NCBI RefSeq assembly: GCF_018977255.1
Contig: NW_024704742.1
Coordinates: 26,724,001 to 26,788,000, forward strand
Source of the DNA: Callorhinchus milii
Taxonomy: Eukaryota
Length of the DNA: 64,000 nucleotides
Direction: 5' to 3'
In this document: in pieces, positions 36,111 through 50,805 of the stretch
Position numbering within the stretch: the stretch's first letter is position 1
How the letters are laid out: each line of letters opens with the position of its first letter
Notes under the pieces: model-generated
Told to the model about the DNA's origin: nothing
The model's input: only the letters and a program-made list of their open reading frames with translations
Databases searched by the model: none
Made by a program: the position numbers and the translations under genes

Positions 36111-36139
36111 CTGCCTATGATTCCCACATCAGTGGGTAA

Positions 36140-38745
36140 AATTTTGAACACCTTACCCTCTGCCATCCCTCCCACCTCTCTCTAAAAATCCTCCTAATTT
36201 ACTGCCCCCCAAAATCCTCCCCCACCTTTATCTCTGATATCTCCACCCTCCTAGCTTCCCTCTGCCTCTGCTCTGACCGCCTCATCATCCGAGGTGACTT
36301 CACCTCCTCCTGCTCTACCTCCTCAGACTTCTCCTCTGTCAACCTCTCCCTCCACATCCACTCTGCTACCCACACCCATGGTCACCCGCTCGACCTGGTG
36401 ATCACCCGGGGCCTCAGCGTCTCAGATGTCACCATCACTGACACACTGACAAGGTCATCTCTTACCACCATTTCATCTCCCTCAACTCCTATATCCCTCT
36501 CCCCACTGCCTCCAAACCTACCGCCCATGGGAGAAGATCTCCCCGCAATCCCTCTCCGCTACCTTGGAGTCCTCTGAAGTCCTCCCTCTGGCTCACTTCT
36601 CGCACCGAACCACTCACTGCACTTACTCTTCTCCACAACATCCTCTCCACCACACTCGACGACCTTGCCCCCCTCACCTCCCGAACTGCCTCCTATTCCC
36701 GATTCTCACCCTGGTTCACCAGCCACCTCTGCTCGCTTAAGGGCCAGGCGGGCTGCCGAACGCACTTGGCTCAAATCCAGCCTGATGATCCACCGTCATA
36801 TCTGGCTGGACCTCATCAAGACCTTCCGCTCTCGCCTCAGCCAAATCGTCCTTCCATTCCAGGTTAATCCTGGAGCCGAAAGGCAACCCCAGGCTCCTGT
36901 TCTTCACCACCAACTGGCTCCTCCACCCTCCCCGCCACGCCTCGCAGATTCTTTCCTCTGACTCTCACTGCGAGAAAATGCTGGACTTCCTCAAGTCCAA
37001 GATCGAGGGAATCAGCTCAGCTGCCACTGCCCTCCTAATTTCCACCCCCTCCCTACCCCACACCCACACTCCGACAATTACCCATCCCTCCTTTCATACC
37101 TTTGTACCTGTCAACCCTTCCTCTGTCTTCACCACCATATCTTCCATGAAGCTCACCACCTGCTCCCTGGACCCCATCCCCACCCCTCTCCTAAATCCCA
37201 GCTGCACCTCCTTCCTTGTCCCACTACTCACCGACATCATCAACCTCTCCCTGTCATCTGGCACTGTTCCTTCCCCCCTTAAAACAGCCATTATCACCCC
37301 CATCTTGAAGAAACCTTCCCTTGACCCATCACAGCTATCCAGCTATCGGCCCATCTCAAACCTTCCTTTACTATCCAAGGTTCTTGAGAGAGCTGTTGCC
37401 TCCCAGCTTTGCTCTTTCCTCTCCTCCCACTCCTTCCATGAACCCCTCCAATCTGGTTTTCCATGCCCAGCACAGAAACTACTCTGGTCAAGGTCACAAA
37501 CTGCATCCTGACCATATGCGACCAGGGCTCCCTCTGTTTCCTCATCCTCCTCGACCTCTCCGCTACCTTTTACACCGTGGACCATTCAATCCTCCTCCAC
37601 CACCTCTCCTCCCACCTCAACCTTCAAGGTTCTGTCCTTGACTGGTTCAGGTCCTACCCTTCACACCGCCTCAACTTTGTTGCGGCAAACGGCTTCTCCT
37701 CCAGCCCCCACACTGTCTCGTACGGTGTTTCTCAGAGCTCTGTCCTCCTCTTCACCCTCTACATGCTCCCCCTTGGTGACATCATCCGCAGACATGGGAT
37801 AAATTTCCACACGTATGAGGATGACACCCACTCTATCTCTCTGCCTCCACCCTCAACTCCAGGACTACTGGCGCCCTGACAGACTGCCTGTCCGACATCA
37901 AGTCCTGGATGAGGGACAACTTTCTCCAACTCAACATCAGCAACACTGAGGCCCTCCTGATTGCCTCGCGCCAGCGCCTCTGCATCTCAGGCACTGGCAG
38001 CATCAGCCTCCACGGCTGCACACTCAACCTCACTAAGCCCTGTCAGGGACCTGGGTCTCTTGTTCGACCCTGAACTGTCCTTTCTCCCCCACATCCGCAC
38101 CATGACCGGCACTGCCTACCACCACCTCCGCAACATTGCTAGACTACACCACTGCCTTACCCCTCAGGCTGCCAAAACCCTTATCCATGCATTCGTCACA
38201 TCAAGGCTCGATTACAGAAATTCCCTTCTCATCGGCCTTCCCAACTCTTCCCTTCACAAGCTGCAGATCATCCAAAATTCTGCAGCTCATGTACTCTCGC
38301 ACACCAGGCTCCTTAACTCCGTCACTCCCACCCTCGCCCGTCTCCACTGTCTCTCTATCCCGCAGAGGATCGAGTTCAAGATCCTCATCCTCATTTTCAA
38401 GGCCATCCATGGCCTTGCCCCCCCCACCAACTGCCCACTCCCTCCGTTCAGTGGGCTCCGGTCTGCTCCATGTCTCCTACCCGACCCACCCTATCATCGG
38501 TGGCCGGGCTTTCAGCCTCTCTGCCCCCACACTCTGGAACTCAAGCCCACGGTCCCTTTGCCTCGCTTCCTCCCTTGCCTCCTTTAAGGCCAGTCTCAAG
38601 ACCCTTCTCTTCGATCGTGCCTCTCTGCCTTCCCTCACCCCTACACCACCCCTCCCCCATGCTCGGGCCCCAACATCTGACTGTTCAGCGCTTTGGGACG
38701 TCCTCCTGACATGGAAGGCGCTCTATAAATGTAATTTTGTTGTTG
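36140..38745 (+). mobile_element. L2 LINE (ORF2, frameshifted)
   Basis: [58 protein letters not shown]; tail ttgttgttg. Confidence 0.95.
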
Positions 38746-38824
38746 TGGGTAAAACTTATGATGTTTCAAGTGGTGGATTTGATACTAATCAAAGACACAA
38801 AATGATACTTATCAATGATTTGTG

Positions 38825-39222
38825 TCTCAGCCTGACGCAGTGATAGCACTTTCGCCTCAGCGGCAGAAGGTTGTGGGTTCAACCCCGGGACGTGGAATCA
38901 CATAGTCTAAGCTGACACTCCAATACAGTGCTGGGGGGTGTTGCATGGTCAAAGGTGCTGTCCGTGGATGTTAAAGATTCCATGGCACTATTTGAAAATA
39001 CAAGAGAGTTTCTCCTGGTGTCTTGGCCAACAATCCCCCAAATAAAATTAAACACTCCTTGGCTGTTTGTGGGACACTGCTGTGCGCAAATGGCTGTTGT
39101 ATTTTGCCCACACAATACACAGTTAATCCACTTTACGGTAAAATCCTGTGAAGTGGTTTGAAACATCTCAACAACGTGATTAGGCACTATATTAAATGCG
39201 AGGATTATTTTATTTATTATTA
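38825..39222 (+). mobile_element. DeuSINE-like SINE
   Basis: tRNA-like head, ctgacactccaatacagtgctg, aaagattccatggcactattt..ggtgtcttggccaac, shared tail. Confidence 0.75.
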
Positions 39223-41159
39223 CACTCAACTACCTGAGGTGTGTGAAGTGGTTATTATGCGCAAGTACTCTCCTGTATTGCATATTTCCTCCAATGCTAC
39301 TGGTCATATTGTGCAGGAGTAGAGCAGGAAAGAGACCAAAATGACAGCACCACCACACACAGCAGAATGTGCAAGGGGCAAATAAAAATCGTATATCAGG
39401 CAGACTGCACCCCCATACAGCCTCAACAATTTCCACCCGTCCCCCCGAGTGTCAACCCGGCGCCTCCTTGCCCAGTACAGCCCAATGGTTCATTAATTCT
39501 GGTCACAATCTTTGCACCATGACTGGCTTTGCAATCGCTGCAGAGCCAGATCCACCTTTTGCAAGAACTACAAGCCAGGTGCTCCTGCAGGACTAAACTA
39601 CGTGGAGTTCTCGCTGCTGGTGATAAAAGGGTGCACCTCCTACTGTGGCTGAGTGCAACCCCCACCCCCTGCGCCCCCACCCCCCGCCCTGATCATGTCA
39701 TTGAGAAGTCTGAAAGCGTTTCACAGAATATGTTGTAAAATGGATTGACTGTGTATTTTGTGAGCATACGTTCAACCTCTGGGGAATACCAAGCAGTCTG
39801 CAGTCCTATTTGCATAACTCAGGCCCTCTCCTTCATCACCCTCAGCTTTACTTTACCTTTATTGCATTGACCCACTTTCCCGTTTGAATCTGGATTGTTG
39901 CTGATAAGGTTAGATCTAAATTTGGTCCCCTGCATCCTTGTGTAATTGGTGCATTTAGCATTCTATCTGTCTGTTACACACTGCTGGGGCTAGTAGGAGA
40001 ATACAAGAATGAGGAAATAAATCAGCTCGTCCAGTTCTATTTATAGAGAATGCTGATTAGATTCAAGCTATCTGTGCCAGCACATAGCAGTAAAAGTGAT
40101 GGATTTACAGCACTCCATGAGTGTTCTGTCGCTGGCAAACAATGAGCGAACAAGACAGTAAAAATGCTTTGTGCCCTCAGCAAGATTAGGTTTGCAGACC
40201 ACCTGCTCGTTCATTGTTTTTGATCAGAATAAAAAGTACTGACGTCACTTAATGAACAATTTTGGGTTTGCTGTATGGATGACGAGCAGGAACTGTCAAA
40301 TACCAGGGGAGAAATACACACAAGATCCACTTTAAAAGCATGACTGCATTGATCAGTGTTTTGGGGACAGGCTATTTAAAGACCAGAAGGCTTGAAACTC
40401 CCTATCGTTTCAGCCATTTTGGCGTAGTATTTAATATTGTGAAACAATTCTGAAATTAGTCTTAATTTGAAAGCTGGTTTTGAATAATAATTGGCTTCCA
40501 AATACTATACCTTTTGCTAGAACTATCAGGGCTATCGGGGTCCCGATAGGGTTAGGGTTAGCCCGTAACATAAAATTATGTGTTGACTTTCAGGCTTTAG
40601 ACTATCAGACCATTTAGTCTGCCCCACCAATTTTCCACAAGGTTCCTTCAATAATTTCCTAACAAAAAAAACATACATTCACACCACTGTACAGTGAAAA
40701 GCTTTGAGATGTCTCAAAGACTGATAAGGCGCTATATCAAATGCAAGGATTATTATTATTATGAATGTGGCAACACTGATTTTTTTTAAACTGGAGTTTC
40801 TTTGTTCATTCCTTCACTTTCTGCCACACTTCTGTAGTAAAGCTTAGCTGAGTCACATCTATGAATTTGCCCTGTCAGTTTGATTTTTTGTGAAGTGGAG
40901 TGATTGTGTATTGATAAACGAACCCTGCCGTCCAATTGTGCACACCAATAGCCCACAAAGAGTCAAAAAAGAAATGTCCAATTTTATTTGGTCAGTACAC
41001 GAGGAGAAACTCCCTTCCTTTTTTCAAGTTGTGCCAAACAGGCAGATTGGACCTCAATTGAACATCTCATCCAAGAATGCAAAACACTTGCACCACTGCA
41101 CTGGAGTGTTATCTTAGACGATGTGAGTTCAAGTCCTGGCAAGGGATTTAATCTCACAA

Positions 41160-41275
41160 GCTTAACGTAACATAACATGACATGTAGGAGCAGGAGTAGG
41201 CCATTCAGCCCTTCGAGCCTGCCCCGCCATTCAATCATGGCTGATCTTCTAATCTAACTCCAACTAATACCATAA
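41160..41275 (-). mobile_element. CR1 3' tail (same family as 7240-11166)
   Basis: Reverse complement of 11060-11166. Confidence 0.85.
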
Positions 41276-41439
41276 CCTTCTGATTTAGAGGTGAGAGTGC
41301 TACCAACAGGAGGCTATGGGAAAATAAGCCACACTTGTTTGCAATACAAGGCCCCATTCTCTCCTGTTTTAAGCCCCCATGACACTATATGCATAAAGCA
41401 TGCTATACAAATGCAAGTTGTTGTTGTTGAATAGCTGTC

Positions 41440-42695
41440 TTGAATTATTAGCTTGCAACTGATTTTTATGCTGCCATTCATTAAGGTATTTCAGTCTTTC
41501 TAATCTGAACTGTATTCTCTGTGTGATGGGAGCCAGTGGAGTCAGGCAAGGATGGGAGTGACCGGGTCATGGAGCCTGGTTCAGGAGAGGACACAGGCTG
41601 CAGAGTTCTAGATGATCAGCAGTCTATGGAGGGAGGTGTTGGAGAGGTTGACAATCAAGTAGTTTGCATAGTCAAGCCTCGATGTAATGAAAGCATGTAA
41701 TAATAATAATAATTCTTGCATTTGATATAGCGCTTTTCACGTCGGGAGGATGTCCCAAAGTGCTTCACAGAATATACTGTAAAGTGAATTGACTGTATAT
41801 TGGTGGGCGAACGCGGCAGCCAATTGCGCACAGCAATGTCCCACAAACAGTCGTAGATTGAAAATGACCAATTTATTATTGTTTTTGGTTTTGGAGGGAT
41901 TAATTAATGTATGAGGGTTTCGGCGGCCTGCAGTGTGAGACAATGGCGGAGCCGGGTGATATTGCGGAGGTGGGAGAAGGCAGAGCGGGTCATGGCACAG
42001 ATTGTTGGGTAGAAAGGATAGTTGTGTGTCAAACAATACGCCAATGGTCTGGACTGGCTTAGTAAGGTGGAGTGTTCAACCATGGATGGTGATGCTGTCA
42101 GCACTGACGGGAGCCAATCAGGAGGGTCTCGGTCTTGTTGACGTTCAACTAAAGAAAGTTAATTCTTACCCAGAACTTGACGTCTGACTGACATTCTGTC
42201 AGGACAGCAATGGTCCTGGAGTCAAGGGTGGAGGCATAGAGGTACTGTTGGGTGTCATCCCCACACATGTGGAAGTTAACCCCATGTCTGCAGATGATAT
42301 CCACCAAGAGGGAGCATATAGATATTGAAGAGGAGGAAACCAAGGACAGAGCCCTGAGGAACACCACATGAGATGGTGCGGGGGCTAGAGGAGAAACCGT
42401 TTGTGGAAATGCTGGATGACGATAGGGTGGTCGATGGTGTCAGAGGCAGAGGGAGCCCTGGTCGCAGATGGACGGCATGTCATTTCTCACTTTGATCAGG
42501 GTTGTTGCTGTGCTGTGGGCGGCACAAAAACCCGATTGTAGGGGTTCGTGAAGAGAGTGGCAGGAGAGGAGGAGAGGAAGGAGCGAAGCTGAGAAGCAAC
42601 AACTCGTTCCAGAACCTTGGAGAGTAAAGGCAGGTAGGAAATGAGGCGGTAGCTTGAGATAGTGATGGGGTCCAGGGAGGGTTTTTTAAGGAACA
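41440..42695 (-). mobile_element. Degenerate L2 fragments with a young SINE inserted at about 41697-41905
   Basis: [29 protein letters not shown]. The SINE splits the L2 sequence with atgta on both sides. Confidence 0.85.
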
Positions 42696-44298
42696 CTGTA
42701 TAAATGCAATTTGTTGTTTTTCACTATTCTAACTTTTTTACACAAACTTTAAAACTATCACTTACCTTTCATCTCTCTTGTTCCCTTGTTCCTACATCTG
42801 TTTTAGAAGTGTGATGACTTCAGTTCTTCCTCTGGTATAAATCAGTTTCTAGATTGCAAACTGACAGGGGAAATTCATAGGTGTGACTCAGCCAAGCTTT
42901 ACTACAGAAGTGTGGCAGAAAGTGAAGCAATGAACAAAGAAACTCAATTTTAAAAAAATTCAGTGTTGCCACATTCATAATAATAATAAACCTTGCATTT
43001 GATATAACGCCTTATCACGTCTTTGAGACATCACAAAGCTTTTCACTGTACAGTGGTGTGAATGTATGTTTTTCTTGTTAGGAAATTATTGAAGGAACCT
43101 TGTGGGAAATTGGTGGGGCAGACTAACTGGACTGATACACTATAAGCCTGAAAGTCACCAAGTAATTCTGTGTTACTCTCCTACTGGAATCAAAGGGTTG
43201 TAGTGTTTATGTAATCAACCCTGTTTTACTGTCTTTTAATTGACATGAACTTTGTGGCTTTACTGTGTTCACTTCTAATGTACCTGATGTCTAATGTGCT
43301 GTATTCGGGGGCTCTCATTTTATTTTATTACAGGCTAGGACCAAGGGGGCACTGGGCTGCACACATCTCAGTACTCTTCCTCTCTTGAGTGACATCCTCC
43401 TTCCATGTTGTGCCAAGACCAATGCCTCCCACACACGTCCAATTATTTTTCTACCATGGAAATCCAAACGGCAAACACTGTATTACTGTATTGTGCTAAT
43501 TGCCTGGGCCCAATGATTCACGCAGTCGGAATGAGTCACAAGCCCTGTGCAGCTTTGTAGAGCTTAAATTCCATAAATAAACTCCTGCCTGCACAATATA
43601 ATTATACAAGTGCAATAAAATATGGACTGTCATCCCTAAAACTGTGATATAATTATACATGCTGAGCTGGGAAAAATAAATCAAAAAAGATTCCAACGCA
43701 TACACTGGATTTGGACACCTTTTTACATCTCCTTAAATCCGTGCTAATTTTGCAGCATCATAAGTGCACGTCAGTGGAGCCAATATTGTCCCCTAATTAG
43801 AGGTACCTAATTGAATTTGTCACAGTTTACAAGCTCTTGTTTATGTGAGGGCAATTAGGTGATTTTGAACTGGGAGTTCAATCCAATTTGAGCTGTTAAT
43901 TTGCGCGTGGGTTTATCAAGCCCTGACCCTCAACTCCAAGTGAGCTCCTTGCCCATACACTACCTTGTAGAATTTGGGGGCCCTCTGCTGGCCCAGGCAG
44001 CAATACACACAATGTAATTGCCATTTTTATTGAAAAGGTATGGAGGGAGAAAGGAAATAGGAACGTAGAAACAGGAGTAGGCCATTCAGCCCTCGAGCCT
44101 TTTCCACCATTCTATTAGATCATGGCTGATCTGTACCTCAACTCTGATTACCTTCCTTTGCCCCATGAAGACGCCTCGTATTTCAAAATGTTTCAAAGCC
44201 AATTAAGTTCTTGTTAGAGGAGTAATTGTTGATAATAATAGCTCCACACAAAAATTAAAGTTTTTAATTAAGCATTTTTAATACACTATCTACAATGT

Positions 44299-44750
44299 GT
44301 CAGCCTGGCTCAATCGGTAGCACTCTTGCCTCTTAAGTCAGAAGGTTGTGGGTTGCCAGGACTTGCAATTCAAATAGTCTAAGCCAACACTCCAATGCAG
44401 TGCTGGGGGTGTGCTGCATTGTTGGAGGTGCCATCCTTTGGATGAGACATTAAAAAAAACAAGGCCATGTCTGCCTATTCAGTTGGATGTTGAAGACCCC
44501 ATGGAAATATTAAAAATGAGAAGGGAGTTTCTCCCGGTGTCCTAGCCAACAATCCCCCAATTTAAAAATTGGTCACTATCTTCATGGCTATTTGTGGGAA
44601 AGACATGACTGTGTGTAAATTGGATGCCATGTTCACCCACGAAACATATAGTCATTCCACTTTGCCACTTTACAGATTATTCTGTGAAGTGTTTTGAGAC
44701 GTCCTCCTGATGTGAAAGATCCTATACCAAATGTAAGGATTATTATTATA
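44299..44750 (+). mobile_element. DeuSINE-like SINE, full length
   Basis: gtcagcctggctcaatcggtagcac head, Deu-like ggatgagacattaaa..gtctgcctattcag..cccatgg..ggtgtcctagcc, (att)n tail. Confidence 0.8.
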
Positions 44751-44849
44751 GTGGTTATGCACCACATTTTGGGGGGGCAAAATTGGTCCTTTGAGAAAAA
44801 ATACAGAAAACGCTTCCTTGATAAGAAAAAGTTGATATCAAATGCCTGA

Positions 44850-45180
44850 AATAATAATAATAATAATAATAATAATCCTTGCATTTGATATAGCGCTTTT
44901 CACGTCGGAAGGACGTCCCAAAGCGCTTCACAGAACACACTGTAAAGTGAATTGACTGTATATTTGTGGGCAAACGCGGCAGCTAATTGCGCACAGCAAT
45001 GTCCCACAAACAGTCGTAGATTGAAAATGACCAATTTATTATTGTTTTGTTTTGGAGGGATTATTATTAGGCTCTGTGTGGAGTAAGGAAACTTGCCCAA
45101 GGTTTCGCCCTCTGCCTGGAATTGAACTCAGGTCTTTCGTTTGCAAAGCGAATGCTCTAACCACTGAGCTACAGGACTCC
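44850..45180 (-). mobile_element. tRNA-derived SINE, young short variant
   Basis: Full family match. Confidence 0.92.
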
Positions 45181-48100
45181 ACATGATTTTTATTTGAAAT
45201 ACTTAGTTTTACACTGTCTTCCCAAAGCGTTCTTTCGTTCTTTCATTGTGAGAATCTAGCAGTCGAAGAGGTGCACACTGCCATTCTAATGCTGAATGGT
45301 GGAATAGGTGGTGTGCTTAGAGGAGAGGAAAGCCACCATCATCACCAAGATACTGGTTAGGGGGGCAAGCAAACTGTCGCCATCCACCCAGCAGCTACCC
45401 TCACTCCGAGCCTGGGGGGGCCGAAAACAGCCGAGATGGGCCATGGTTCAGATAATACCTATATGAGAGGGCGTGTATATGCCTTTTTGCATTGTTTTAT
45501 GCTTTTTGCTTCTGGTGCCCCCCATAAATCAGTGCCCCTATTTTCCATGAAAATCCCAAGCCCTTTCGGGGAGTCAGTCCAACACTGCTCCTGCACTCAC
45601 TTGGGAAACCAATAAGAAGTGGGTATTGTATTGATTGATGAGATTAATCAGTCTAACAAATCAGTATAACAGGGTGGTTGCTAGGATAAGGCCAGCTAAT
45701 TCTTCTGCAAGTGTCAGAAAAAAATTGAGGTAAAACAGGCTTGACCTTCAGTTAGACAATCAGAGCTTAAGCACTTTAAGTGCTGGGCTTAATTTCCCTT
45801 TTAAGCTCTTCACTGCATCCACGTTGTAACTGCACCTGCCGATGTGATGCTTGGTCAAAGAAGGTTGACCTGGAAGATGTACACCTTTTCTGTAAGGTTG
45901 GGAAGAAATATGTTGTACAATTGACATGTTATTGAAGAAATATGTCATACAATTGACATGTTATTTGTCAGGAAGGAAATGCCATGTTGATTATAATATT
46001 GTGATTAATAGTGTTGTGGTAAGGCTATTGTACACGTGATTCTTTTTGGTCAATACCCAGCTTGATTCGAGTTACTTGCAGAATAGTAGAGTTCCCTAAA
46101 TAATAATATAATAGTTCTTGAATTTGTCACAACTCCTTATCACATGATTGTGACATCTCAAAGCGGATCACAGGATTTTACTGTGAAGTGACTGGTATAC
46201 ATATAGTGTATGCCTTAATTGGAAAAATTAATGCGGGATTTGATATTCAGCAGGCTTTGCATGCCTGTTTTCCCATGAAAGCATTCTTTTCCTTTGGTCA
46301 GCGGGTGTCTGCATGTGTCAGACACCCGACTAACCGCAAAACATTAATGCTTTATGCTGATCTTTAGCAAAGTGTCAGCAGCAGGACTCTGTTTCTGCAA
46401 TGCCACAACTGTCTCGCTAATGTGAAATCTCCACACACTGCCTTTGCTTTGAACTCGCAAAATCCCTGCAAATAAAATGCATTTTTACAAACCTCTAAAA
46501 TCATGTCGCACAGAACCTAATAAATCTGAACCTGTAATCACCAGAATCAAATAGCACAAAGCAGCACACACTACTTTGCTGTCAACTTGTTACTTTCAGT
46601 AAATGAGAGCTTGCATATTTATAGCATCTCATCACATTGAAACATGCTTTATACAGCATTGTTAGATTGTGGCCCAGTTGTTCATGGGTTCGAGGCCATT
46701 CGAGGGCAAGTCTACTGTGGACCAACGTACTGGAAACACAGTGCACCCTAGTTTTGGTGCTAACTAGCTGGCTTCTGGGTCAAGCTACTGTTACTTCCTG
46801 TGAGCTATGCAACCTCACAATGTTCAGGAAACATCACTGGCATCATTTCTTGCATATAGCCGCAGAGTAAATTAACTGCCACTTTCACCCACAAAATACA
46901 ATCATGCCATTTTACAGCGAGTATATCATGTGAAGTGCTTTGAAACAATGTGATAAGGAGCTACATCAAGTGCAAGGATTATTATTATTATAGTGTGTGT
47001 GTGTGTGTGCAACATGCAGGAAATTAGATCAATGATATTTCTGGTGCACCGGACCTGACAATCTGACCACCCAGGAGTTGGCTATTTTTCACCCTTTGTT
47101 ATAATGCAGCGTCTGAGATATTGGATCCAGATGACTGCATTATAATGGGGTCACTCAGTAGTAATTAGTGTGAAATGTAAGCAGACATAGCAGATCTGGA
47201 GGATTATTAGCTAGGACACTAGGAGAAACTTCCCTTTTCAAATTATGTTATTGGATCTTTAATACCCACCTGAAGAACAGACATAAAAAATAACGAACCT
47301 TGCATTTATACGTGATACAACTTCTTTCCAGTAACATGAAGATGTGTAATGAGTTGTCCAAATACATGTAACATGCTGTATTTAGCAAAAGCCTATGTAG
47401 AGTGACACCAATATTTCTGATCTTATTGACTGTCACACTGTAGCAGTGAGAGATGACGAATTGTAGCTTTGGCTACATTCCGAACCCTCAGTGCCGAAGA
47501 AAACCTTGAAGTTAATAGATTTGTTTCTCCCAGTCCACTCACTGAATGCTCAAGGGTGTGCAGGATAATAGTTATAATAATAACCAGCCTTACATTTGAT
47601 CTAGTGCCTTATCACATTGCCAAAACGTCTCAAAGCTCTTCACGCAATTTTATTGTGAAGTGCAGTGACTGTTTTCAACAAGTGCTCTGGGACACTACCC
47701 TGTGTGAAAGGTGCTATACAAATGCAAGTTGTTGTCGTTGTTTTTGCTGTTTAGACTACTCCAGCAGCCAATTTACACAAAGCAATGTCCTACAAACAGC
47801 CATGAAGCAAATTGTCAAATTTATCCAGAGGATTGTTAGCCAGAACATTGAGAGGGACTCCCTTCTCTTTTTGAATAGCATCAAGGGATCTTTAACAAGC
47901 ACACTGAACAGACAGATAGGACCTTGGTTTAATGTATGATCCAAATTAGATCAAGTATACAGTTGATTTGGTCCTGTGGAACCTGAGACTTGGACCAGCT
48001 CAGTTTTGCCACCAGCAGAGAATAAATAGTATTGCAGCTTTTTATTTATAAAGTTGCTATTAAATGAGCAAAATCCATCAAAAAGATAATTTTAATATTT

Positions 48101-48189
48101 AGTTTATTGTTATTTCCTCTCTCTCATTCATTTTCTCTTCTGAGCTGATCTCCTGAAGGAATTTGACTCTTTTTCCTTATCCTAGAATA

Positions 48190-48565
48190 TAATAGTAATA
48201 ATAATCCTAGCATTTGTTAAAGTGCCTTATCATGTCTTTGAGATGTCTCAAAGCAGTTCACAGACTATACTGTAAAGTGAATTGACTGTATATTTTGTGG
48301 GCGAAACCCAGCAGCTAATTGAGCACAGCAGCGTCCCACAAACAGTCGTGAATTGAGTGACCAAATTTTTATTATGTTTTTATTTTTTAAAGGGATTATT
48401 ACCCCCAGAAAAGTGATCCACCAATCGACTAACAACCAGATTCCTATTTACTGCTAAGGTAAACAGACGTGTGGAGCAAGGAAACTTGCCCAACATTTCG
48501 CCCTGCTGGGAATCGAACTCGGGTCTCTCGCTTGCAAGGCGAATGCTCTAATCAATAAGCTACAG
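48190..48565 (-). mobile_element. tRNA-derived SINE, long variant
   Basis: Family match. Confidence 0.85.
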
Positions 48566-49867
48566 TGGGTATGGTGCCATGGGGGTCAGTCACTCTTCAT
48601 TAGATTTTTAATGTGTGTAACTCTTTGTTACATTCTTCCCTCTTTACCTTCCCTGTTCACTATTCATATTTCCCAATTGAGAAAACTGTTCCCTGACTTT
48701 GTTAATGCCACTAACTGAGAAGCTACCAGGAAGTGCATAGAATGGTAATAGGCATTTTTGCTGTCCTTTCACGAGCAAAATACAATCTCCCACAGCTGGC
48801 CTGGGTAACATTGGATGCTTGTCACATGATGAACCACATGAGTGGACTTGTATGTTCCTATTCCACATGACACTGCTCTGTAACACCAATACATCATTTC
48901 ACTGTCAAAATATATTGGAATTGAAAATACAACATTTGCAAACTGGAAGTTGCTGTGTGAAATTTTTGGTTTTGAAATTGTAATTACCAAATTTGATTTG
49001 AAAACAAACCAACTATCACATCGATTGGTAAAGGTTTCACTTTCCAAACTTTTACCTGGACTTTCTCGGCTTTATCTCGGTTGAGAAACAGACTGAAAGT
49101 GAAACCCAGCCGTGAGTGTACATCGGAAACATTGGTGAATTTCACATTTTCAACCACAACGTTTATTTCAATAAATCTTTTTTTCCTTTACACTGTAACC
49201 TATTCCAATTAATGGTTGTGAGAAGCATGGACCGTGGTCATTCTTGTGACTAATGTCAACACTTCGACAAACTACGGTGTACAGTTCTGCTCAATGCATA
49301 AGGGGGCTGCCCTTTAAATAGAGGCAGTTCAGGGGATGATCTATGCTATGTGCAACAATTAGAAAGCTAGGGCTCTTCAGAAAAACTGGAGGCCTGTTAA
49401 AGAAATGAGCATCCTCCCCCATCTATCGACCTTCACCAAGGACAACATGCTTTCAGCCTCCTGCCAATGCAATTCAGAAACTAGCAACTAGGAGGTGTAC
49501 AAGAATGACCTAGATTTCACTTTATGATGTTCCCTTCCTCACAGCAGCTAGTCTCAGTACATTGGGTCTCACAAGATCACAAGAGAGGATTGGATGAAGA
49601 AAGCCCTTTGGCTTGCTCCATCTCATCCTTCCGTCCTCCCATTACAGCATCAAGCTGTGGTTTTAATTTAGTCCAGCTTCCCAGCCTCAACCACTCTTCC
49701 TGGTTTCAGGCATTAATTATCCTCTGTGAACAAAAATAACTTCCTGATGTCTGTCCGGAAATTTGCAAACCTAATTTGAGTCCTCTTGTTCTATGCATCT
49801 GAAGCTGTTGTTTCTACACAGGCACACTACAATTCCAGAATTCTGCACTGTTAAACCAGGTGGCATT

Positions 49868-50805
49868 TTATGCCACATAAAAGACTTGTAAGAAAAATAG
49901 AAGCTCATGGTATAAAAGGGACAGTGGCAGCATGGATCCAGAACTGGCTGGGAGACAGAAAGCAGAGAGTTGTGGTGAAAGGTTGCTTTTCTGACTGGAG
50001 GGAAGTGTGCAGTGGCATCCCCCAGGGATCGGTATTGGGACTACTGCTCTTCTTATTATACATAAATGATCTGGACTTGGGTATAGCAAGTACCATTTCC
50101 AAGTTTGCAGACGACACAAAGTTAGTAAACAGTGAGAAGGATAGTAGCCAACTGCAGGAAGACATAGACAGAATGGTAAAATGGGCAGACACATGGCAGA
50201 TGAATTTCAATGTGGAGAAATGCGAGGTAATGCATTTTGGAAGAAAGAATGAGGGGAGGCAACATAGGCTGGTAATAAAATCTTAAGGGGGGTGAAGGAA
50301 CAGAGAGACCTGGGGGTTCAGGTAAATTAATCCTTGAAGGTGGCAGGACAGGTAGATAAAGCTGTAAAAAGGGCATATGGGATACTAGGCTTTATAAATA
50401 GGGTATAGGGTCAGGAGGTTATGATTAACCTATATAAAACACTGTTAGGCCTCAGTTAGAATTCTGTGCCCAGTTCTGGGCACTACACTATAGGAAGGAT
50501 GTTAAGGCATTGGTAAGGGTGCAGAGGAGATTTACGAGGATGGTACCAGGAATGAGGGACCTTGATTATGAGGAAAGGCACGAGAGGCCGGGATTGTTCT
50601 CATTGGAGCAGAGAAGGTTACGAGGAGACCTAATAGAGGTCTTCAAAATCATGAGGGGATTTGATAGGTTAGAAAGGGAAAACCTGTTTCCACTGGTGGG
50701 TGTGTCGGTGATTCGAGGTCACAGATTCAAAATAGTCTCTAAAAGAAGCAGAGGGGAGGTGAGAAGAAATGTTTTTGTGCTGTACAATCCTATGATTCTA
50801 TGATC
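49868..50805 (+). mobile_element. CR1 LINE RT/3' fragment
   Basis: [42 protein letters not shown]; close to the 21195-21665 copy. Confidence 0.92.

Larger units (their letters stand above)
40566..43176. repeat. Inverted duplication of about 315 bp (40566-40882 vs 42857-43176)
   Basis: Direct reverse-complement alignment of mostly unique sequence, including a shared SINE tail fragment. Confidence 0.9.

Noticed and set aside
39235..39590. Minus-strand Cys-rich frames and an in-frame C-T-I-TGA (CxxU-like)
   Set aside because: No continuous ORF, no recognisable thioredoxin-like fold or SECIS, and no linked exons.
40203..40341. Minus-strand signal-peptide-like MLLKWILCVFLPWYLTVPA after a TATA-like tttaaata
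   Set aside because: It stops after 30 codons, all frames close before the donor, and no downstream exons were identified.
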